A stretch of 64,000 nucleotides of DNA from the NCBI GenBank assembly GCA_013362805.1, contig JABFVL010000058.1, positions 38,805-102,804 on the forward strand, read 5' to 3'. This stretch comes from Mycobacteriales bacterium (GTDB lineage Bacteria > Actinomycetota > Actinomycetes > Mycobacteriales > QHCE01). A program made the position numbers and the translations under genes. This document shows, piece after piece, positions 1 to 8,505 of this stretch (the stretch's first letter is position 1; every line of letters starts with the position of its first letter). The notes below the pieces were generated by a model, which was not told the origin of the DNA, made no database searches, and saw nothing but the letters and a program-made list of their open reading frames with translations.

Positions 1-463
1 TTTGGCGACCTAGCAGCGCTTCGGCGCGGGCTGAGGGCGCCCGGGCCAAGAGGTCGGCGGCGCTTTGTTCTGGGGACTCGGGCTTTACCGTTCCTCGCAC
101 CCGCACCTGGCGGCCTTGTAGTGGCCAGTAGAAGGTGAGCGCCGCATGTGGTGTGTTCGCCAGTTGGCAACCTTTAGGGCTATTAGCGTGAGTGGCGAAC
201 TGCCAGCCGCGCAGATCTACGTGTTTGAGAATAAGGATCCGAGCATCGGGGCGGCCATCCTCGCCCAGAGTGGACAACGTCATAGCGTGTGGCTCAGGGA
301 CACCCGCTTCAACTGCGAGCTTGAGCCAGTCCAAGAACAGCTCGGCTGGTTCGGCTGGAGCATCGGAGGGCTCGAAACGCGCCAGTGGGCCCACAAAAAC
401 TTCCAACCCTCGCAGCCATTCACGCACCGGCCCGAACTTTTCAAGCTCATGACTTGCGCTCAT
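1..463 (-). CDS. pdxH: pyridoxamine 5'-phosphate oxidase family protein (PdxH-like); the 3' end runs off the window start
   Basis: My own minus-strand translation from ATG 463..461 (AAGGGG just upstream) gives MSASHELEKFGPVREWL...DARILILKHVDLRGWQFATHANSPKGCQLANTPHAALTFYWPLQGRQVRVRGTVKPES...RAEALLGRQ. This carries the PNPOx blocks R-x-x-L-L-K, G-x-x-F-x-T-x-x-x-S-x-K-G, A-A-L-x-F-x-W and R-Q-V-R-x-x-G. It is absent from the ORF track because there is no stop inside the window. The + ORF 146..475 is its antisense shadow. Confidence 0.65.
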   Translation of the reverse strand, partial: MSASHELEKFGPVREWLRGLEVFVGPLARFEPSDAPAEPAELFLDWLKLAVEAGVPEPHAMTLSTLGEDGRPDARILILKHVDLRGWQFATHANSPKGCQLANTPHAALTFYWPLQGRQVRVRGTVKPESPEQSAADLLARAPSARAEALLGRQ

Positions 464-611
464 CGCACCCCTTAATCGCCGTAACTCCTAGCGAGCTAAT
501 GCGGTGACCCTTCGAGCCAAATCGGTGCAACCGTTTCACGCCTCGCTCATACGGTGAAGTTTAGGTGGGCATGCGCAACTTGCTGTGCGATCAGCGAGGC
601 CAGTCGCCTAC

Positions 612-953
612 TCAGCCACGCTGTGCTACGCGTGCGGCGGCGAGCCGCGTTGCCCATCCGAGCCCTGCTGTGAACAATGGCGGCCAGGCGATCGGTGAGA
701 AGGAATAGCCAACCAGAATTACCGCTGGAATCCAGCCGGAGTTCGCGGCCGCGACGACCCACCGCCACCTGCCCGCGATCTTCCTGACCAGATCTGGCAA
801 CAGGAAGAACGCCACCGCTGCGCCCGTGGTCGGTAGCCCGTATTTCGCCGACTCAAACACGGCGAAGGCTCCTAAGAACACAGTGAGCAGCAGCCATCCC
901 AGCCAGCGTGCCCGCCCACCCGTTCTTCCTTCCTCCATGACATCTCCCCGCAT
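612..953 (-). CDS. small hypothetical integral membrane protein (about 3-4 predicted TM segments)
   Basis: 113-aa ORF with hydrophobic stretches (WLGWLLLTVFLGAFAVF, AAVAFFLLPDL, GWIPAVILVGYSF, WPPLFTAGLGW). No family recognised. The start is uncertain (M1 or M6). Confidence 0.45.
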   Translation of the reverse strand: MRGDVMEEGRTGGRARWLGWLLLTVFLGAFAVFESAKYGLPTTGAAVAFFLLPDLVRKIAGRWRWVVAAANSGWIPAVILVGYSFSPIAWPPLFTAGLGWATRLAAARVAQRG

Positions 954-1098
954 TGATTGCCGTCTTTGTCACACTTAGCACAGAAAATAATGCGACTGTT
1001 CTTCTGAAATCATGTACGGACCTCAGTCAGCGGAGAAGAGCCAGCCCTAGCGCACTAGGACCATCAGGCCGCGATTGATCGCAACGTGGAAGGCATCC

Positions 1099-1128
1099 GG
1101 TGGGGCGGAAAGAAAGTTCCACCCCACC
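1099..1128 (-). terminator. GC-rich stem-loop just downstream of the metQ stop
   Basis: GGTGGGGCGGAA-agaaag-TTCCaCCCCACC, imperfect with one bulge, lies about 15 nt after the metQ stop at 1143. There is no clear U-tract on either strand, so this is a tract-less terminator call at best. Confidence 0.4.
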
Positions 1129-1142
1129 AACCGCTGAGTTGA

Positions 1143-1967
1143 CTACGCGGGGATGACCGTGTCATCTGGCCAGGTCTTCTTAATGAATTCCTTTACTTCA
1201 TCGCTATTGAGCAATGTGACCAACTTCTTGACTCTCGCGTCGTCTTTATCGCCTTTCCGAACCACGAGAACATTGGCATATGGGTTGTCCTTCGGACTTT
1301 CCACGGCCAGAGCGTCGGTCGCCGGGTTAAGACCCGCCTCCAGCGCGTAATTGCCATTGATCACGGAAAGGGCCGAGTCTTGGCGTGAGCGCGGAATGAA
1401 CGCGGCTTCTTGTTGGCTGAACTTCAGATTCTTGGGGTTCTCGGTGATGTCTTCCACATCGGCGGTTGCCCCGGCATCCTTTTTGAGGGTGATGATGTCT
1501 TCGGCGGCCAACAGCTTCAAAGCGCGGCCACGGTTGCTCGGGTCGTTCGGAATAGCCACAGTGTCGCCGTCGCGGAGATCAGCCAAGCTATCGGCGGATC
1601 CGGCATAGACAGCTAGCGGTTCGATGTGTACTGGAGTGACTGATTCGAACTTGTAGCCACGCTCTTTCACCTGTTCGGCGAGATACGGCTCGTGTTGAAA
1701 GTAGTTAGCGTCAATCTGCTTTTCTTGCAGCGCCACGTTGGGTTGGATGTAGTCGCTGAAGGGCACTATGTCGAGCTTGAGCCCGGCGTCATCGGCCAGT
1801 TCGTCTTTGACGTATTGCAGGATTTTAGCGTGCGGTGTGGGTGAGGCCCCGACTTTCAAGATTCCATCGGCTTTGCGTTCTTCGGTGTCGGCATCGGCGG
1901 AAAACGCGCATGCGGAGGCAGCGAATAGAGCGGCGACGGATAGGCCAACGAACAATTTGCGGATCAT
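1143..1967 (-). CDS. metQ: methionine ABC transporter substrate-binding lipoprotein (MetQ/NlpA family)
   Basis: 274 aa. It has a lipoprotein signal with a lipobox-like AASAC, and a body with typical NlpA/MetQ blocks (LKVGASPTPHAKIL, IQPNVALQEKQIDANYFQH, AIPNDPSNRGRAL). It is the last gene of a metN-metI-metQ run. Confidence 0.9.
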   Translation of the reverse strand: MIRKLFVGLSVAALFAASACAFSADADTEERKADGILKVGASPTPHAKILQYVKDELADDAGLKLDIVPFSDYIQPNVALQEKQIDANYFQHEPYLAEQVKERGYKFESVTPVHIEPLAVYAGSADSLADLRDGDTVAIPNDPSNRGRALKLLAAEDIITLKKDAGATADVEDITENPKNLKFSQQEAAFIPRSRQDSALSVINGNYALEAGLNPATDALAVESPKDNPYANVLVVRKGDKDDARVKKLVTLLNSDEVKEFIKKTWPDDTVIPA

Positions 1968-1994
1968 TATGTTTCCTTACTTAGGTTGGAGTGT

Positions 1995-2633
1995 TTAGTG
2001 AGTGAGGCGACGGGCTAGAAAGTCGCCAAGGCTTTGCAGCGCTTGGACAAGGGCGACGAGCGCGATAACGCAGGCAACGGTGATATCCGTTTCGTAGCCC
2101 TGGTAGCCGCGACGTACGGCGAGGTCGCCGAGTCCGCCGGCACCTACCACACCGGCCATCGCCGAATAGCTGATCAGCGCGACGACGGTGATGGTGATGC
2201 CCGCGACAAGTCCGGGTAGGGCTTCCGGGAGCAGGATTTTCCTGATGATCTGCAACCTGCTGGCTCCAAGCGCTTGCCCGGTTTCGAGTAGTCCGGCGTC
2301 CACTTCACGCAGCGAGGTTTCGACGATGCGCGCGAAGAAGGGCACGGCCGCGATGGTCAAGGGCACAATCGCCGCGTTGGGCCCGATAGAAGTGCCAGCG
2401 AGGGTGCGGGTGAGTGGCACGACAGCGACCAACAAAATGATGAATGGAAGTGATCGTCCGATGTTGACGATGGCGCCGAGCACCGCGTTGAGCGCTGGCA
2501 CCGTGGCCAGATGCCCGCGGCTCGTCACGACCAATAGCACACCGAGAGGCAAGCCAAGGACCACTGTCCACAAGGCAGACCAGCCGACCATATAGAGGGT
2601 TTCCCAGGTGGCGAGCTCCAATGCCTCACGCAT
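1995..2633 (-). CDS. metI: methionine ABC transporter permease
   Basis: 212 aa, multi-TM, with the ABC permease EAA-like loop (ETGQALGASRLQIIRKILLPEALPG). It overlaps the metN stop by 8 nt. Confidence 0.9.
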   Translation of the reverse strand: MREALELATWETLYMVGWSALWTVVLGLPLGVLLVVTSRGHLATVPALNAVLGAIVNIGRSLPFIILLVAVVPLTRTLAGTSIGPNAAIVPLTIAAVPFFARIVETSLREVDAGLLETGQALGASRLQIIRKILLPEALPGLVAGITITVVALISYSAMAGVVGAGGLGDLAVRRGYQGYETDITVACVIALVALVQALQSLGDFLARRLTH

Positions 2634-3441
2634 ACGACACCTCCGGAACGTCCACGAACCGGTGACGGGTGCTTCCCGTTGTCTCTGAAGCCAACGTCGC
2701 GATCTTGAGCCGTCGAGCTAGCGGCGAATCTGGGGTCAGCTCGGTCAAGGCCGCGGCCTGAGCGATGCGGCCATCTTGCAGCAATGCGGCACTGTCGCAA
2801 ATGCTGCGGACCACATACGGATCATGGGTAATCAACAGCACGGTAAGCCCGAAGTCGTCGCGGAGCTGACGGATCAGCGCCAGCACCTCATCAGCGGTCT
2901 CGCTGTCCAAAGCTGAGGTGGCCTCATCGCTCAGCAAAACCTTCGGTTGCACGGCCAATGCCCGGGCGATCGCGACCCGCTGTTTTTGTCCGCCTGAGAG
3001 CTGCGCCGGGTATGCGTCCAACTTGTCGGCGAGTCCCACTCTTTCTAGGAGCGCGGCGGCTCGTTGGCGGCGTTGAGTCTTGGAGAGGCCTTGAAGTTGA
3101 AGGGGCAGGGCAACGTTCTCAATGGCGGTGGAGCGGGCCAGCAGATTGAAGTGCTGGAAAATCATTCCAATGTCGTGGCGCGCGTGCCGCAACTTTGTGG
3201 CACTGAGCGTGGTGAGGTCCTGGTCATTAACGATGACTGAACCCCGGTCGGGGCGTTCTAACAGGTTGATAGAGCGCAGCAATGTGCTTTTTCCCGCCCC
3301 AGAGGGGCCAACTACTCCATAAATCTCACCTGGTTGAACATGAAGGTCCACACCGTTGAGCGCGTGGACATCGGGTTTCTTGGCGCCAAATAGCGGGCGT
3401 CTAGCCCGAAAGGTTTTATGAACATCACTGAGAGTAATCAC
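2626..3441 (-). CDS. metN: methionine ABC transporter ATP-binding protein
   Basis: Walker A GPSGAGKST, Q-loop, signature LSGGQKQRVAIARAL and Walker B LLSDEATSALD are all present. I place the start at GTG 3441 (VITLSDVHKTF, with AGGA 6-7 nt upstream). The first 26 codons of the track ORF (to 3519) read through a terminator hairpin and look spurious. Confidence 0.88.
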   Translation of the reverse strand: MITLSDVHKTFRARRPLFGAKKPDVHALNGVDLHVQPGEIYGVVGPSGAGKSTLLRSINLLERPDRGSVIVNDQDLTTLSATKLRHARHDIGMIFQHFNLLARSTAIENVALPLQLQGLSKTQRRQRAAALLERVGLADKLDAYPAQLSGGQKQRVAIARALAVQPKVLLSDEATSALDSETADEVLALIRQLRDDFGLTVLLITHDPYVVRSICDSAALLQDGRIAQAAALTELTPDSPLARRLKIATLASETTGSTRHRFVDVPEVSYA

Positions 3442-3497
3442 ATGTAGTCCTGGTGCTATGAGAAGCGAGCAAGTGGGAGATCGGCCACGAGGGCCCA

Positions 3498-3527
3498 GAA
3501 ACGCGAAAAGCCCGCACATGGCGGGCT
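3498..3527 (-). terminator. intrinsic-terminator-like hairpin inside the metN 5' leader (possible attenuator)
   Basis: The minus strand reads GAGCCCGC-catgt-GCGGGCTT followed by TTTCGCGTTTC. The hairpin is about 57-70 nt upstream of the metN GTG and about 226 nt downstream of the dehydrogenase stop. Confidence 0.6.
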
Positions 3528-3752
3528 CGGGGTCGAGATGCTAGCGGTTAGCTACACATTCGACAGGCACGCCGAGCAGACGCCATCATCATGGCGCTAC
3601 AGGTACACATACGGCGGGCGGTCATGCTCACTGTTCTACCGGGTGTTCGGCGTTTCGCAAAGTGAATGCCCACCAAGGTGACGTTTCGTCATCAAATCGA
3701 GACTACGCTCCGTGAAGGACAGTGGCGTAGCCCACAGTTGGGCACTGGCTGC

Positions 3753-4706
3753 TTAATAGCCAGCGTGTTTGTCAACCAATCCGAGCAAGGGCGTGCCCGC
3801 CACGAGGGCAGCGACGTTGTCGGCGACCCGCTCGGCGAGTTTGTGGGAGACAAACTCCAATGAGTCAGCGCAGTGTGAAGTGATAGTCACGTTGTCCAGC
3901 GTCCATAGCGGATGCGCTGCCGGCAACGGTTCTGGATACGTCACGTCCAGCCCCGCCGCGGCGATCTGACCAGTGGTGAGCGCCGTGACCAACGCATCAG
4001 TATCGACGTGCGCGCCCCGAGCTACGTTGACAAGCACAGCGTTGTCAGGCAGCAACGCAAGCTGTTTTTCGCCGATGATGCCCGTCGTCGCCGGAGTCAG
4101 CGCCAAGGCGAGCACCAAAACATCGGTGTCGGGCAAGATCGAGTCGAGCTCGGCTTGGCCAACAGTGCGATTGGCACCGGGTGTTGACTCAGCGGTGCGG
4201 CGCACCACCGTGATGTCACAGCCAAACGGTTGCAGGAGCGCGATGAGAGTAGTGGCGATGCCACCAGCGCCCAGGATGGTGACGCGCTTACGAAACAAAG
4301 ATTCGGGCTCCAGCATGTGCCAGTGCGGCCGGCGAGCTTGTGCGGTGAGATTACGCAGCGCCGCCAAAGCCAACACCAAGGCATGTTCGCCCACCTGCTC
4401 GCCATAAGACGCCTTAGCGCAAGTGAACTGGGCCGGGTGATCGAACAATCCGCCAGCGACGAAGGAATCTACCCCCGCCCAAGGGAGTTGCACCCAGGAA
4501 ATATTGGGGTACGCATCAAGCAAACCACTGAGCGGCTTGGCGTCGCCTACTTCGAGCCACACCAGGCCGTTAGCTTCTTCCAAGCTCACCACATCGCCAC
4601 CGGCGCGCTTCACCGCTTCTAGCAGGCGCTCATTCTGCGCCAGGCTGTCCTCGCCACGAGCGGCGGCTTTGATCTCATCGGGGGCGAAAGCAATTTTTGG
4701 GCGCAC
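3753..4706 (-). CDS. D-isomer-specific 2-hydroxyacid dehydrogenase family protein (NAD-binding)
   Basis: 317 aa. It has the Rossmann motif ILGAGGIATTL and the catalytic-domain blocks LVNVARGAHVDTDAL, GLDVTYPEPLP and ITSHCA. Confidence 0.85.
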   Translation of the reverse strand: MRPKIAFAPDEIKAAARGEDSLAQNERLLEAVKRAGGDVVSLEEANGLVWLEVGDAKPLSGLLDAYPNISWVQLPWAGVDSFVAGGLFDHPAQFTCAKASYGEQVGEHALVLALAALRNLTAQARRPHWHMLEPESLFRKRVTILGAGGIATTLIALLQPFGCDITVVRRTAESTPGANRTVGQAELDSILPDTDVLVLALALTPATTGIIGEKQLALLPDNAVLVNVARGAHVDTDALVTALTTGQIAAAGLDVTYPEPLPAAHPLWTLDNVTITSHCADSLEFVSHKLAERVADNVAALVAGTPLLGLVDKHAGY

Positions 4707-4796
4707 GCTGCAAGGGTAATACCCGCTGACCAGCGCATCTCACAGTGTCAACCAGGGAAACTTCTTAAAGGGTGAGGTACCTGACATTTAAGGGCA

Positions 4797-6077
4797 TTGT
4801 CTGGCTATAGCACCGAGTCGGTACCGTGCCCAATGATGGACATGCTCCAAAACAACACGACGCGCCCCGGCCGCCGCTGGAGCCTCGGGCACATCGCGGA
4901 CCCACCCCGCCAAGACCAGGGCGCCCGCATTTACGCCCTTGACGCCTTACGGCTGATGGCCGCGCTTGCCGTGGTCGCCTACCACTTCCTGGCCTTTAGC
5001 CGCGGACTAAAGTTCGGCGCCTGGCAGCAATCCCCCGCCGAACTTTTCCCCAACGTAAACCCGGCGGCCTCCTACGGCTGGCTCGGCGTACAACTGTTCT
5101 TCTTAATCAGCGGGTTCGTCATCTGCATGTCCTGCTGGGGCAAAGCCCCTAGCCAGTTCTTAATTTCACGCATCATCCGGCTCTATCCCGGATATTGGGC
5201 AGCCGTGCTCATCACCAGCGCCGTATTGCTCGCATGGCCCATCATGCGATTCGGCCCAGAACCAGAAACGATCTACGCCAACTTGACCATGTTCCAGGCT
5301 CCCCTGGAATACGAAAACATAGACGGCGTCTACTGGTCACTGTGGATAGAACTCAAGTTCTACATGTTGTTCGGTGTGCTCGTCGCGATCGGCCTCAACT
5401 ATGTGCGTATCGTCGGGTTCTGCCTCGGCTGGATGGCGCTGGTGTTGCTAGCCGCGCAGTTCCCAGAACACGAACACCTGCAATTCTTCGCGATGCGTGA
5501 GCACGCACCCCTGTTCGTAGGCGGCATCGCGATGTATTTGATGTATCGGTTCGGCCCGGACGCTGTCTCGATCGGGCTCGTTTTCCTGTCCTGGCTCATG
5601 GCTCAACGCGAACTGCCCGAGCTCGTCCACGGCGCCGAAACATCGGTTCGGCACGAACTCAAAGTGTCCACCGCGCTGATCATCGTGACCGCCTGCTACG
5701 CGCTAGTGCTGGCCACCGCACTCGGCGCGTTCAACTGGGCGCGCTGGCGAGGCCTGACCATTGTGGGGGCGCTGACATATCCCCTGTACTTGCTGCACCA
5801 AAACATCGGTTGGACGATCATTCGGCTCAACCATGACAAGATCGCACCGTGGCTATTACTAGCCATGGTGGTCACAGCCCTGCTGGTGGCTTCTTGGCTG
5901 CTGCACATCATTGTGGAACGACCAGTGAGCGCACACCTCAAACGGCTCCTTACCGTGCTTACGCGAGAACGACGCCCCGCCCCAAAGCCGATCATCAGTC
6001 GCCCAAAGCCCTCGCCCGTGCCCGCGCAACGCGTCGCCGAACCGGTGGCCGAACAGCGGGTTCCCGTCTCGGTTTAA
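4797..6077 (+). CDS. acyltransferase family 3 integral membrane protein (OafA/YrhL-like)
   Basis: 426 aa with about 10 TM segments and the N-terminal family motif LDALRLMAALAVVAYHF. The Pro-rich C-terminal tail and the exact start (TTG/M at 4797 or the internal MMDM at about 4833) are uncertain. Confidence 0.8.
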   Translation: MSGYSTESVPCPMMDMLQNNTTRPGRRWSLGHIADPPRQDQGARIYALDALRLMAALAVVAYHFLAFSRGLKFGAWQQSPAELFPNVNPAASYGWLGVQLFFLISGFVICMSCWGKAPSQFLISRIIRLYPGYWAAVLITSAVLLAWPIMRFGPEPETIYANLTMFQAPLEYENIDGVYWSLWIELKFYMLFGVLVAIGLNYVRIVGFCLGWMALVLLAAQFPEHEHLQFFAMREHAPLFVGGIAMYLMYRFGPDAVSIGLVFLSWLMAQRELPELVHGAETSVRHELKVSTALIIVTACYALVLATALGAFNWARWRGLTIVGALTYPLYLLHQNIGWTIIRLNHDKIAPWLLLAMVVTALLVASWLLHIIVERPVSAHLKRLLTVLTRERRPAPKPIISRPKPSPVPAQRVAEPVAEQRVPVSV

Positions 6078-6143
6078 TCACTCAAAGCCTCACAACCGTG
6101 AACCGCGACACAGGCAAAAAACGCGGATGGCAGACTGCTACAC

Positions 6144-6650
6144 GTGCCCGAGAAAGAAGAAGCCACCTCCCCGCCACCAACGGAGCGCCCGCCAATGGGG
6201 CGCACAGGGCGTATCGCACGCCTCACCATTGCTTGGGTGGGCATTGTTTTGATCGTCGCCGGCACTATCTACGGTGAGGATGACCACTTTCCCTTCGGTC
6301 CATTCCGGATGTACGCCACTGCCGATCCGGGCGACCGTCCGGTGCGTTCCACCCGTGTCGAGGGGTATTACGCCGACGGAACAATGGTGCGACTTTCGGG
6401 CGGCGCGGTCGGCATGCGGCGCTCAGAAATTGAGGGACAACTGCCCCGCTTCAAGAAAGACCCCACGCTGATTGGCCAGCTCGCCGTGGCATACGAAAAT
6501 CGCCATCCCGACAAGCCAGACATCGTCCGGATCGACATCATCACCCGATACATCTATCTCAAGGACAACGAACCCACCGGAGCTACGGAAGACAAGTTGT
6601 TCGCGACCTGGGAAAGCGCTCATCCCGAGCAGAAAGCGAGCACTCGATGA
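6144..6650 (+). CDS. hypothetical membrane-anchored protein, translationally coupled to the HTTM-like gene
   Basis: 168 aa with a single N-terminal TM (LTIAWVGIVLIVAGTIY) followed by a soluble domain. Its stop overlaps the next start (ATGA at 6647..6650). Confidence 0.55.
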   Translation: MPEKEEATSPPPTERPPMGRTGRIARLTIAWVGIVLIVAGTIYGEDDHFPFGPFRMYATADPGDRPVRSTRVEGYYADGTMVRLSGGAVGMRRSEIEGQLPRFKKDPTLIGQLAVAYENRHPDKPDIVRIDIITRYIYLKDNEPTGATEDKLFATWESAHPEQKASTR

Positions 6651-7624
6651 TGAGCCGGTGGTTCTTCGCACCCGGTCCGCTGGGACGGGTGGCGGCACTT
6701 CGGACGCTGGCCGACCTATTCCGTCCCATCGATGTGCTGTACACGACTCGATGGATCTTGGCGCACAAGGACGTGCCTGGCGAGCTATACCGTCCACTTT
6801 TCGTCGGGCGGCTTCTGCATCTACCCACACCAACCCACACTCTGGTCGTCGGAGTATGCATCGCCCTGTTGATCACAGCGATACTGGCGGCATTCAATCG
6901 ATGGCCCAGAGCACTGGGCGCCATCATTTTCGTGCTCTACTTCGAGTGGATGATCATCGCGCAGTCCTATGGGAAGGTCGACCACGACCGATTCGCCTAC
7001 CTGGTGCTGTTGGCGGCGCTTCCCACCATTGGCGCGGCACGATGGGGCGATGAGAAAACGCTCTCCGAACGGGCCGGTTGGGCGATGAAGGTCACCCAGA
7101 TCGCGGTGATCTGCACCTACTTCTTGGCCTCCCTAGCTAAGTTTCGATTCGGTGGGGCCGGTTGGGTTAACAGCGCGGTGATGACCCGGGCCGTGGTACG
7201 ACGAGGCACAGACCTGGTGGACTTCACGCTGGAACATTCATGGATTTTGATCGCCATGCAATGGTTCATCGTCGCCTTCGAATTGGGCAGCCCTATCGTT
7301 CTTTTCGTCAAAGCCCGCTGGCAATATGCCTTCACGGTGTGCTTTTACGCATTCCACCTGATGGTCTATTTGTCAGTGCGCATCATCTTCTTGCCGCATT
7401 TGATCGCCCTGGCCACTTTCCTCCCGTTGGAAAAAGTGCGGCCGATCGTCTGGGCCAAAGCGGGCGTGCGGCGGCTAACTTCCCGCCCGCTGCGCGTCGC
7501 GGACAGCTTGGGGCATGGCGCAAGCAGCGGTGCCGCCAGGAAGCCGGTGTCGGTTTCTGGCGATCAACCGATAGATGGGCGGAGCGACCCAGGACACGGG
7601 CGGAGTGAGCAGCAGCCAGCCTAG
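6647..7624 (+). CDS. HTTM-domain-like polytopic membrane protein (vitamin-K-dependent gamma-carboxylase N-terminal-like fold)
   Basis: 325 aa, multi-TM. The N-terminal part (FAPGPLGRVAALRTL..., FNRWPRALGAIIFVLYFEWMIIAQSYGKVDHDRFAYLVLL) resembles HTTM-family proteins from memory. The last roughly 50 codons are low-complexity and overlap the convergent DCC gene. Confidence 0.5.
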   Translation: MMSRWFFAPGPLGRVAALRTLADLFRPIDVLYTTRWILAHKDVPGELYRPLFVGRLLHLPTPTHTLVVGVCIALLITAILAAFNRWPRALGAIIFVLYFEWMIIAQSYGKVDHDRFAYLVLLAALPTIGAARWGDEKTLSERAGWAMKVTQIAVICTYFLASLAKFRFGGAGWVNSAVMTRAVVRRGTDLVDFTLEHSWILIAMQWFIVAFELGSPIVLFVKARWQYAFTVCFYAFHLMVYLSVRIIFLPHLIALATFLPLEKVRPIVWAKAGVRRLTSRPLRVADSLGHGASSGAARKPVSVSGDQPIDGRSDPGHGRSEQQPA

Positions 7625-7879
7625 TGGCTTCCAAAACGAGCCGGCGTCGATGAGAAGTCGGGCAATGGCCCGGCTTCCCGCGTCACGGTGACGAGCGCTA
7701 ATCCACTGCACGGCGTCTTCACATTCCTGCTGCGAGACGCCAAGTTCGTCCAGCTGGGCGAATTGCCAGGGCATCACCTTGGCATTGCTGTGGATACGTC
7801 GTTCGATGAAATTCGCGCAAGTGGTGCAGAAAGCGCAGTCGCCGTCATACAAAAACACAGCAGTTGCCATGCTTGTCAT
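7475..7879 (-). CDS. thiol-disulfide oxidoreductase, DCC family (DUF393)
   Basis: 134 aa. It has the N-terminal FLYDGDCAFC motif (D-x-x-C-x-x-C) and the C-terminal YRLIARNRHRLPG block typical of DCC proteins. Its start overlaps the upstream stop (ATGA at 7876..7879). Confidence 0.8.
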   Translation of the reverse strand: MTSMATAVFLYDGDCAFCTTCANFIERRIHSNAKVMPWQFAQLDELGVSQQECEDAVQWISARHRDAGSRAIARLLIDAGSFWKPLGWLLLTPPVSWVAPPIYRLIARNRHRLPGGTAACAMPQAVRDAQRAGS

Positions 7880-8505
7880 TGTCCCTCATCGCAATGCCGA
7901 ATGGCTGTGAGGTGGTCGACTGCCTCTCGGTTGAGCAGCACTACCGAGCGAGCCCGAGCGAATTGCGCGTCTAGAACTCGCTCACGCGCCCGCATGATGG
8001 CGCCCCAGCGGCGGACGTGACCTCGAAAAACATGACTGGTGATGACCCGACCTCGGGCATGCTGGCCTTGTAGCGCTATCTCGTGTGGCACATCAATGAG
8101 AATCACGTGCACCTCGCGCCCAGCTCGACGGGCGGCGGAGATGTAGAGCTTGATAGCCAACCTGCGGGTGCCTCTGGTGTGGGTGATGAGGCCGATGCCG
8201 CGCCGAGCCCGGTGATAGATCCGGTAAAAGTGCGACAACCGGATCAGCGGTCGCGGCATTGCTGGGAAAAATCTACCCCACCAGTTCCGGGTATGCACTG
8301 AATCTGCAATGTGCACCCCATCGACTACTTTGGGGGTTATTTCCTGGCCGTCTAGTGAAAATAAACGGGCGAGCAAAGTGCTCTTCCCGGCACCAGGAAG
8401 CCCAGCCACCAGCACTAACGCACCAGGTGGATACTGTAGTTCAGCTACACCAGCGTCCCGAAAATCGCACCAACCTACTGGACGCGTTATGACAGCTTCA
8501 GGCAT
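7876..8505 (-). CDS. P-loop ATP-binding protein (AAA_33 / small kinase-like)
   Basis: 209 aa with Walker A LVAGLPGAGKSTLLARL near the N-terminus. No other domain recognised. It overlaps the end of the 957-aa ORF by 19 nt. Confidence 0.65.
   Translation of the reverse strand: MPEAVITRPVGWCDFRDAGVAELQYPPGALVLVAGLPGAGKSTLLARLFSLDGQEITPKVVDGVHIADSVHTRNWWGRFFPAMPRPLIRLSHFYRIYHRARRGIGLITHTRGTRRLAIKLYISAARRAGREVHVILIDVPHEIALQGQHARGRVITSHVFRGHVRRWGAIMRARERVLDAQFARARSVVLLNREAVDHLTAIRHCDEGQ

Noticed and set aside
146-475. 109-aa + strand ORF at the window start
   Set aside because: The opposite strand translates into a convincing PdxH-like protein over the same bases, running off the window. The + ORF is a GC-rich antisense shadow.
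3442-3519. 26-codon N-terminal extension of metN (MCGLFAFLGPRGRSPTCSLLIAPGLH)
   Set aside because: It is encoded by the terminator hairpin and U-tract of the leader and is not ABC-ATPase-like. GTG 3441 with AGGA upstream gives the canonical N-terminus.
3430-3760. Calling the metN leader a SAM-I, SAM-IV or T-box riboswitch
   Set aside because: I could not find the conserved core sequences of these classes by eye. Only the terminator and generic hairpins are supported, so the class is left open pending a covariance-model scan.
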